Positions 57,074 to 64,000 of a stretch of 64,000 bases of DNA are shown here, piece by piece (the first letter of the stretch is position 1; each line of letters opens with the position of its first letter). Below the pieces are notes generated by a model, which made no database searches, was not told where the DNA came from, and saw only the letters and a program-made list of their open reading frames with translations. This DNA comes from an uncultured Pelagibacteraceae bacterium. Its GTDB lineage: Bacteria > Pseudomonadota > Alphaproteobacteria > Pelagibacterales > Pelagibacteraceae. The position numbers were made by a program, and so were the translations under genes. Location of the stretch: NCBI GenBank assembly GCA_902627045.1, contig CACOHP010000002.1, forward strand, positions 52,962-116,961, read 5' to 3'.

Positions 57074-58240
57074 TTATTTAGTTAGCATTTTCTTAATATT
57101 TTCCAAAGCTTGAGAAATATTATCTCTTGAAGCTGCAAAACTAAATCTAACATAATCATTACAAGTTTTTCCAAATGCTGTACCTGGAACTATTGCAACT
57201 CCAGCTTCATGCATTGCTTTTTTACAAAATTCCGCACCATTCATACCTGTTCCAATCACTTTTGGAAAAGCATAAAAAGCTCCACCTGGTAAACTACATT
57301 CTACTCCTGGAAGTTCATTCAATCCTTTATGAATCAAATCTCTTCTTTGAGTAAATTTAACCATCATCTCATTTATTGAGTCATCTGGACCATCTAAAGC
57401 AGCAATACCAGCAAATTGTGCCGCTGCGTTTACGCAAGATACACTGTTTATTAAAAGTTTATTCACGTGTTCCACTAAATTTTTAGGCCAAAAACTCCAA
57501 CCCAATCTCCATCCAGTCATTGAATAAGCTTTACTCCAACCCTCAAGTACAATTAATCTCTCTCTTAATTCTGGATAGTGAAAAAATGAAGGCATTTCTT
57601 TGTCATCGAAAATTTGTCTACTGTAAATTTCATCACTTAAAATTGTTACGTGTGGATGTTTTTTTAAACCTTCAGCTAGTACATCTATATCTGCCTTGTC
57701 TACAAAACTTCCTGTTGGATTATTTGGGTTGATCAATATTAACAATCTAGTTTTATCAGTAATTAGCGATAAAATTTTCTCAGGATTAAATTTTAGATCC
57801 TTATCCTCAGTTAAATCATAAGGAACTGCAGTTGAACCGGTATAATTAATCATTGACTCATATATTGGGAATGCAGGAGTAGGATGAATTATCTCTGCTC
57901 CAGGCTCTCCAAAACATTGGATTGCATATGTCATGGTTGGTTTTCCACCTGGCATAATTAAAATTCTTTCAAAATCAACATCAACGCTATATCGTTTTTT
58001 AATCCATCTTGTTACAGCTTGTCTGCATTCTGGGATCCCATTTGACATTACATAGCCATGATGACCATCATCTAAAGCTTTCTTTGCTGCCTCAACAACA
58101 TGTTTTGGTGTTTTAAAGTCAGGCTGACCTAAACCTAAATGTATCATTGGATTACCTTGAGCTTCTAATTTTTTTGCTTCCGCAAGAACCGAGAATGCTG
58201 TTTCTGTTCCCAATCTATTTAAACTTTTAGCTAATTCCAT
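57074..58240 (-). CDS. PLP-dependent class I aminotransferase (aspartate aminotransferase-like)
   Basis: GQPDF.TP, NPNNPTG, SDEIY, GWSKAYSMTGWRLG, GAFY, VPG.AFG. Confidence 0.9.
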   Translation of the reverse strand: MELAKSLNRLGTETAFSVLAEAKKLEAQGNPMIHLGLGQPDFKTPKHVVEAAKKALDDGHHGYVMSNGIPECRQAVTRWIKKRYSVDVDFERILIMPGGKPTMTYAIQCFGEPGAEIIHPTPAFPIYESMINYTGSTAVPYDLTEDKDLKFNPEKILSLITDKTRLLILINPNNPTGSFVDKADIDVLAEGLKKHPHVTILSDEIYSRQIFDDKEMPSFFHYPELRERLIVLEGWSKAYSMTGWRLGWSFWPKNLVEHVNKLLINSVSCVNAAAQFAGIAALDGPDDSINEMMVKFTQRRDLIHKGLNELPGVECSLPGGAFYAFPKVIGTGMNGAEFCKKAMHEAGVAIVPGTAFGKTCNDYVRFSFAASRDNISQALENIKKMLTK

Positions 58241-58266
58241 ATTAAATTCCTTTTTTTATATTTTTG

Positions 58267-59418
58267 TTAGTTTCTATAAATTAATTTTGAACTATTCAAC
58301 TCTTTTAAATTTGAACAACCCATTAAAACCATATTTCTTTCAATCTCATCGTGCATGTTTTTTAATAGATGTTCAACACCTTGTTGACCTCCTGCGGCTA
58401 AAGAGAACAAAAACATTTTACCGAAACTACAAGCTTTTGCACCTGCAGCTATAGCTTTTAGCACATGAGTCCCTCTTCTTACACCGCCATCTAATATAAT
58501 CTCTAACTTGTCACCCACTGCATCTGATATTGCTTTAACTTGATCAAAAGGTGAGCGAGAGCCGTCTAATTGACGACCACCATGATTTGAGACCATGATC
58601 GCAGTGCATCCAATATCTATTGCTTTTTTTGCATCTTCGACTGACATGACACCCTTTAGCGCAAACGGACCACCCCATTTTTTCACACAGTATTCAGCGT
58701 CTTTCCAATTCATTTTAGGATCATACTGCTCATTGATATATTCTATTACTGACTTTGCAATGTCAGTACCTTTGTCAGTTTTATTAGCTACATTTGCTAA
58801 TTTGAATTTTCCATGAGTTAAATAATTTAGTACCCAACTTGGGTGTGTCGCAAAACTCATTAAACTTTTTAAAGTTAGTTTTGGTGGTGTAGTAAAACCA
58901 GTTCTGTGATCTCTTTCTCTGTTACCAGCAACTAATGTATCGACAGTTAAACACATGCCATCAAAGCCTGCTCTTCTGCATCTATCAATTAAATCATCTG
59001 TTATTGATTGATCTTTGTGCACATAAAGTTGAAATAATTTTGGACCACCAGAAATATTAGAGATTTCCTCAATAGTATTATTTGCCATTGTGGACATACT
59101 ATAAAATGTTCCAAATCTATCTGCTGCTCTGGCTGAGGCTTTGTCACCGTCGTGATGATAAAGTCTTTGCATGGCACAGGGTGATAAAAAAAGTGGCATA
59201 TCAATTTTTTTTCCAAAAATAGTAGTTGATAAATCTGGTTTGCCAACACTTGCTAATATATTGGGTACTAAATCGCAATCATCAAACGATTTTGTATTTC
59301 TTTTAAGAGTAATCTCATCATCAGCACCACCGTCTATATAATGAAATATTGGTGAGGGTAATTTTTTTTTCGCAAGTTTCCTAAAGTCCTCAAAATTATA
59401 ACAATCTCGTAAACTCAC
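58267..59418 (-). CDS. FMN-dependent alpha-hydroxy-acid oxidase/dehydrogenase (LldD/glycolate oxidase family), paralog A
   Basis: FHYIDGGA, FQLY, GNRERD, LKG, SNHGGRQLD, DGGVRRG; GTG start overlaps the upstream TAG. Confidence 0.92.
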   Translation of the reverse strand: MSLRDCYNFEDFRKLAKKKLPSPIFHYIDGGADDEITLKRNTKSFDDCDLVPNILASVGKPDLSTTIFGKKIDMPLFLSPCAMQRLYHHDGDKASARAADRFGTFYSMSTMANNTIEEISNISGGPKLFQLYVHKDQSITDDLIDRCRRAGFDGMCLTVDTLVAGNRERDHRTGFTTPPKLTLKSLMSFATHPSWVLNYLTHGKFKLANVANKTDKGTDIAKSVIEYINEQYDPKMNWKDAEYCVKKWGGPFALKGVMSVEDAKKAIDIGCTAIMVSNHGGRQLDGSRSPFDQVKAISDAVGDKLEIILDGGVRRGTHVLKAIAAGAKACSFGKMFLFSLAAGGQQGVEHLLKNMHDEIERNMVLMGCSNLKELNSSKLIYRN

Positions 59419-60575
59419 TACTTTCTAAATCTTAAATTATTTCTATTAAGATCAGATATTTTTGTGCAGCCCATTAGTTTCATATCTCTGACTAACTCGG
59501 ATTTATACAACTCAAGAGCCCTTTCAACACCTAGTTGACCTGCAGCAGCAAGTGCGTAAAGATAAAGTCTTCCACCGGAACATGCTTTTGCGCCAAGTGA
59601 TAATGCTTTAAGCATATGAGTTCCTCTATGGATTCCTCCTTCACATATTACATCAAGTTTATCTCCCACTGCATCAACAATTTCTGCAAGTTGATCAAAT
59701 GGTGATCTCGATCCATCAAGCTGTCTACCACCATGATTTGAAACCATTATACCAGTGCATCCAATATCAACTGCTTTTTTAGCATCCTCTACACTCATTA
59801 TGCCTTTAAGAGCAAAATGCCCTCCCCATTTAGAGCAAAGATTTTCAGCGTCTTTCCAATTCATAGATTGATCCAACATAGTTGAAAAATAATTTCCAAT
59901 TGATGAGTTAACATCGGTACCTTCTTTCACAAAATCTTGAAGGTGAGGTAATTCAAATTTACCTTTTGTTAAATAATTTATTCCCCACATTGGTTTTGTC
60001 GCAAAACTGAATAAACTTGATAAAGTCAATTTAGGTGGAGAAGTAAACCCAGTTCTTAAATCTCTCTCACGATTTCCTCCAGTAATAGTATCAACTGTCA
60101 AAGCCATTACATCGAACTTAGCAGCCTTGGCTCGCTCTAAACATGAGTCATTTAAACCTCTGTCCTTATGAAAGTAAAACTGAAACATTTTTGGTGTGTC
60201 AATCATTGAAGAAATTTCCTCAACACTAACTGTGGCTAAGGCAGAAACACCAAACATTGTATTAAATTTTTTAGCTGCTTTTCCAACTGCTCTTTCACCG
60301 TCATAATGAAAAAGTCTTTGTAGTGCTGTTGGTGACAGATAAAATGGTAAATCTAATTTTTTACCAAAAATAGTTGTAGATAAATCAACATCCTCGACGC
60401 CTCTTAAAACATTGGGAACCAAGTCAACATCGTCAAAAGCACTCGTATTTCTTGCGTATGTGATTTCGTCATCTGCAGCACCATCAATATAATGGAAAAT
60501 AGGTGATGGTAATTTAAGCTTAGCAAGTTTTCTAAAATCACCAAAATTGTGACAATCTTTTAATCTTAATATCAT
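59418..60575 (-). CDS. FMN-dependent alpha-hydroxy-acid oxidase/dehydrogenase, paralog B
   Basis: FHYIDGAA, FQFY, GNRERD, SNHGGRQLD; ATG at 60575 preferred by alignment with paralog A. Confidence 0.92.
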   Translation of the reverse strand: MILRLKDCHNFGDFRKLAKLKLPSPIFHYIDGAADDEITYARNTSAFDDVDLVPNVLRGVEDVDLSTTIFGKKLDLPFYLSPTALQRLFHYDGERAVGKAAKKFNTMFGVSALATVSVEEISSMIDTPKMFQFYFHKDRGLNDSCLERAKAAKFDVMALTVDTITGGNRERDLRTGFTSPPKLTLSSLFSFATKPMWGINYLTKGKFELPHLQDFVKEGTDVNSSIGNYFSTMLDQSMNWKDAENLCSKWGGHFALKGIMSVEDAKKAVDIGCTGIMVSNHGGRQLDGSRSPFDQLAEIVDAVGDKLDVICEGGIHRGTHMLKALSLGAKACSGGRLYLYALAAAGQLGVERALELYKSELVRDMKLMGCTKISDLNRNNLRFRK

Positions 60576-60585
60576 AGATGTTTTT

Positions 60586-61101
60586 TTAAAAGGTTTTAAA
60601 AAAATTAAACATATAACTATTTGCCCCAGGATTCTTATCACCTAAGCTAGCATTGGATAAATGGTTATATGAAAAGCCTAATTGGCTATTTTTTGAAAAA
60701 TTTAACGAAATTTGAACCTCACTTTTAAATTCCAATAAATGTCCCAGATCTTTTCCGTCTCCCTGATTATAAAGACCGGGGGTAAAACTAGGTGTAATAT
60801 TTAATGCCCCCAAAGAATATTGTGCTTGTATACCGGTATATAAATAAGCTGCACTATCAGCGGTAAACATAAAGCCAGTTATCGGAGAAAGATTACCAAG
60901 AAAAGTATCTCTATTTAAATCAGTATTTTGATGTTGAAATCCAATAAGAGTTGATTTCTTTCCACTATCACTAAAATCAAACATTCCTGAATAAATATTA
61001 AACTTTGTATTATCACTATTAACTTTAGTTTCTTCTGAAAAGATTGAAGAAGAGATTAATAAAGACAATATTACCAAATAACAAATTCTTAAATAATTCA
61101 T
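60586..61101 (-). CDS. PagL-like lipid A 3-O-deacylase / acyloxyacyl hydrolase outer-membrane barrel
   Basis: Signal peptide from ATG 61101 (ATGA overlap with ccmH), DLG..LEF.S, HLSNA..NPG, C-terminal Phe. Confidence 0.75.
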   Translation of the reverse strand: MNYLRICYLVILSLLISSSIFSEETKVNSDNTKFNIYSGMFDFSDSGKKSTLIGFQHQNTDLNRDTFLGNLSPITGFMFTADSAAYLYTGIQAQYSLGALNITPSFTPGLYNQGDGKDLGHLLEFKSEVQISLNFSKNSQLGFSYNHLSNASLGDKNPGANSYMFNFFKTF

Positions 61102-61466
61102 AATTTTTTTTTTAATATAACTTTCTTGAGTATTATTGCACCACCAAATATAAACATCAATATGGGTAATAACCAAAGAAAATAGGTGTTTTTACTGAAT
61201 CCGGGATCATACAAAATCCAATCTCCATATTTATTTTTAAGATATTCATAAATTTGTTTTTCATTTAAACCTTCATTTAATTTTTTTTCTACTAAAATTT
61301 TTAAACTATTAGCAAATTCAGAATCTGAGTCATAAACTGATTGTCCTTGACAAATTAAACATCTTAAATTTTTTGTTATTTCAATTTCTAAGTTTTGAGC
61401 TTTAATATCAAAAGAGAAAAAGTTGATCAAAAAAATTATATAAGTTAAAAATTTTAAAATATTCAT
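61098..61466 (-). CDS. ccmH: Cytochrome c maturation protein CcmH (CycL)
   Basis: LRCLICQGQS, YGDWILY.P, LW..P TM helix. Confidence 0.93.
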   Translation of the reverse strand: MNILKFLTYIIFLINFFSFDIKAQNLEIEITKNLRCLICQGQSVYDSDSEFANSLKILVEKKLNEGLNEKQIYEYLKNKYGDWILYDPGFSKNTYFLWLLPILMFIFGGAIILKKVILKKKL

Positions 61467-61981
61467 TGAGTAAATTCCTTTATTTCAAAAAGTAATTTTT
61501 CATTTAAAGGACCAATTATTTTCTTTACTATTTTATTGTTTTTTATCAAAAAACTTTCAGGAACTCCGTATGCACCCCATTCAATTGCTATCGTGCCATC
61601 ATTATCAAAATAAATTAAATCGTACGGGTTATCTAACTTTATTAAAAAATTTTTAGCATTAACAAAATTATCTTTGTAATTTTGTCCAATGATTTTTATA
61701 TTTTCTTTTTTACTTAAATCCATTAAGTACTTATGTTCCTCTCTACAAGGAATGCACCACGAGGCCCAAATATTTAACAAATAGTATTCACTCCCAATAA
61801 AAATTTGATCTGAATTTACGTTGTCTTTTGAAAAGAACTCTTTTGCTTCAAAACTTGGAATTTTAATTTCTGATTTTATTTCAGGTGTATAAATATTTGA
61901 ATTTTGTAAACCTTTGTAAAAAACAAAAAAAATTATTGAGAATGTAACTACTAAAAATATTGGAAAAATTTTAGTTTTCAT
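61463..61981 (-). CDS. ccmG: Thiol:disulfide oxidoreductase CcmG/DsbE
   Basis: WASWCIPCREEH, NYKD, GAYGVPESF. Confidence 0.94.
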   Translation of the reverse strand: MKTKIFPIFLVVTFSIIFFVFYKGLQNSNIYTPEIKSEIKIPSFEAKEFFSKDNVNSDQIFIGSEYYLLNIWASWCIPCREEHKYLMDLSKKENIKIIGQNYKDNFVNAKNFLIKLDNPYDLIYFDNDGTIAIEWGAYGVPESFLIKNNKIVKKIIGPLNEKLLFEIKEFTQ

Positions 61982-63848
61982 ATCTTTTTCTAATTAAAAT
62001 TAAACAACCACTAAAGCATAACAAAATTGTAGAAATCCAAATCCAAATCATAAATGGTTTTACTTGATAACGAATATTAAAATAATCTTCATTTTGCACA
62101 TAATTCATTGTCATAAATTTATCAGTAAATATACTTGTTTTAATGTCTGCCTCGCTAGTGACAATGTTTGGTTGATTATATATTCTTAATTCAGGTTGCA
62201 TGACTTCAATTAATCCACTTTGATCCTCTACAGTAAACTTTCCTCTAATCGCTTTAAAATTTTGTTTATTTTCTTGTTTAATGCTTTCAAAATTAATCTT
62301 CAAATTTTGATCTTGATAAGTTTCATTAATCTTTAAATTTGTAATAACTTCAGATGAGAAAATATTATTAAATAAAATACTTAATATTAAAATGCTAAAA
62401 CTAAAATGTGCTATAATTTGTGATAGGTTTCTGTATTTTCTATGAAAAAAATCTCTAAGAGTAATAAAAAATAAATAAAAAGCTGCGGTAATTAAAATTG
62501 TGTAATAAAGAAAATTAATATTTAAATTTCTTATTATCAATATGGATAAAATTAAAGAAATTATAAAAAATAGAATTAAATAAGTTTTGTCCTCAAGATC
62601 TGATTTAATCCACTTTAGTCTAGGCCCTATTGCCATCGCTAGCATAAAAGGAATTAAAAAAGGTAGTATTAATTTGTTAAAAAATGGCGGACCTACAGAT
62701 ATTTTTTGAGATGAAATTACCTCTAGAAATATCGGATAAATTGTGCCGATTAAAACAACAGATAAAAAATACATCATAAACCAATTATTAACTAAAATTG
62801 ATGTTTCCTTGCTTAATAAATAAAAAGTTTTGGTGTTTCTATTTTCGCTTTTGTGAAAAATTAAGAAAATAAATAAAGATAAAAATATTAAAATAAATAA
62901 GAATATCAGAATATACAAACCTCTTTCTGGATCGTTAGCAAATGTATGAACAGAATTTAAAATACCCGATCGAACCAGAAAAGTACCACACATACTTAAT
63001 GTAAAAGTTGCTATTGATAAAATAACAACCCAGGAGGTAAGAATTAGTTTTTTCTCTAAAACTAACACACAATGTAATAATGTTGTTAGTGCAAACCACG
63101 GCATTAAAGATACATTTTCAACCGGATCCCAAAACCAAAAACCTCCCCAACCTAACTCATAATAAGCCCAAATAGAACCAAGTAAAATTCCTAAAGTCAA
63201 AAAAATCCAAGAAACTAAAACCCATTTTTTGATATGTGATGCCCACATTTTTGTAATGTTATTTGAACAAACTGCTGCAAGCGCCGAGGAAAAAATTATA
63301 GAGGTTCCAACATACCCTAAATATAAAATTGGTGGATGAATTGCTAATGCAGGGTCCTGCAATATAGGATTTAGACCTAATCCCTCTTTTGGAACTGGAA
63401 TAATATGATTAAAAGGATTTGATGTTTGTATTAGAAAAATAAAAAAACCTAATATTATTATCTGCTGAAATAATAAAGTTAAAGTTCTGTATCGGTTTGG
63501 TTGATTTTTCGATTTCAACAAAAAAACAAATATAAATAGTGTTAAAACTAACAACCACAATAATAGACTTCCTTCGTGGTTGCCCCAAGTGCCCGAGATT
63601 TTATAAAAAAGAGGCTTAGTTGTGTGGGAATGATTAAAAACTGTCTCATTACTAAAATCAGAGTTTACAAAAGATAAAATTAAACCTGAGAAACTTATTA
63701 TTACGAATAGAAGTTGTAAAAAGACTAATGATATTACTTTAGTGTCAAGCTTTTGAATGTTATTAAAATTTTTGATTGAAAAAAATATAATTAAAATTGA
63801 AACACCAACACCAAAAATTAAAGAATAATATCCAATTAAACTCGACAA
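61971..63848 (-). CDS. ccmF: Cytochrome c heme lyase CcmF
   Basis: W.NHEGS, LNPILQD, HPP, WAYYELGWGGFWFWDPVEN, SVHTF; TTG start. Confidence 0.96.
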   Translation of the reverse strand: MSSLIGYYSLIFGVGVSILIIFFSIKNFNNIQKLDTKVISLVFLQLLFVIISFSGLILSFVNSDFSNETVFNHSHTTKPLFYKISGTWGNHEGSLLLWLLVLTLFIFVFLLKSKNQPNRYRTLTLLFQQIIILGFFIFLIQTSNPFNHIIPVPKEGLGLNPILQDPALAIHPPILYLGYVGTSIIFSSALAAVCSNNITKMWASHIKKWVLVSWIFLTLGILLGSIWAYYELGWGGFWFWDPVENVSLMPWFALTTLLHCVLVLEKKLILTSWVVILSIATFTLSMCGTFLVRSGILNSVHTFANDPERGLYILIFLFILIFLSLFIFLIFHKSENRNTKTFYLLSKETSILVNNWFMMYFLSVVLIGTIYPIFLEVISSQKISVGPPFFNKLILPFLIPFMLAMAIGPRLKWIKSDLEDKTYLILFFIISLILSILIIRNLNINFLYYTILITAAFYLFFITLRDFFHRKYRNLSQIIAHFSFSILILSILFNNIFSSEVITNLKINETYQDQNLKINFESIKQENKQNFKAIRGKFTVEDQSGLIEVMQPELRIYNQPNIVTSEADIKTSIFTDKFMTMNYVQNEDYFNIRYQVKPFMIWIWISTILLCFSGCLILIRKRYEN

Positions 63849-63849
63849 T

Positions 63850-63999
63850 TTACTTCTCCTCTAAAGCAGCCTTCACTTCGGGAGGCATGTAATTTTCATC
63901 ATGTTTAGCTAAAATTTTAGTTGCTGAAAAAAAATTTTTATCTTTTAAAAATCCTTCTGCAACAACACCTTTGCCTTCTTCAAAAAGATTAGGTATTAA
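63850..63999 (-). CDS. ccmE: Heme chaperone CcmE, C-terminal fragment (truncated by window edge)
   Basis: Hand translation [16 protein letters not shown]...[21 protein letters not shown]; LAKHDENY heme-binding motif. Confidence 0.95.
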   Translation of the reverse strand, partial: LIPNLFEEGKGVVAEGFLKDKNFFSATKILAKHDENYMPPEVKAALEEK

Positions 64000-64000
64000 T

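Overview
AT-rich, gene-dense alphaproteobacterial DNA. Composition, near-absent intergenic space, gene content and the dmdCBA cluster point to a SAR11/Pelagibacterales chromosome (inference). Left to right it holds: trkH (3' end), ampG, an NlpC/P60 peptidase, tyrA/hisC, SAM-II riboswitch-metX-metW-gloB, and rplU-rpmA-obgE-proBA-nadD-rsfS-ctpA-rppH. A 28-gene minus-strand run follows (ffh leader RNA, ffh-rpsP-trmD-rplS-leuCDB-dmdCBA-asd-sdhCDAB-mmsA-mdh-sucCDAB-lpdA-priA-atpHAGDC), then dapF-ftsY. The right end is a second minus-strand run: ccmEFGH, pagL-like, two FMN alpha-hydroxy-acid oxidase paralogs, an aminotransferase, a D-lactate dehydrogenase-like protein, a 2-hydroxyacid dehydrogenase, TRAP dctPQM, an amidase, an unannotated 58-aa membrane protein, a DMT transporter, a hydrolase and an orphan. 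I saw no tRNA, rRNA, CRISPR array or mobile element; most of the window is core genome. The best leads are (1) loss of both heme-b axial histidines in SdhC and SdhD, suggesting a heme-less complex II, (2) a TRAP transporter plus malonamidase-E2-like amidase and small membrane protein next to a 2-hydroxy/2-oxo-acid enzyme cluster, and (3) a SAM-II riboswitch with an atypical expression platform. All homology calls are by eye and from memory, with no database searches.
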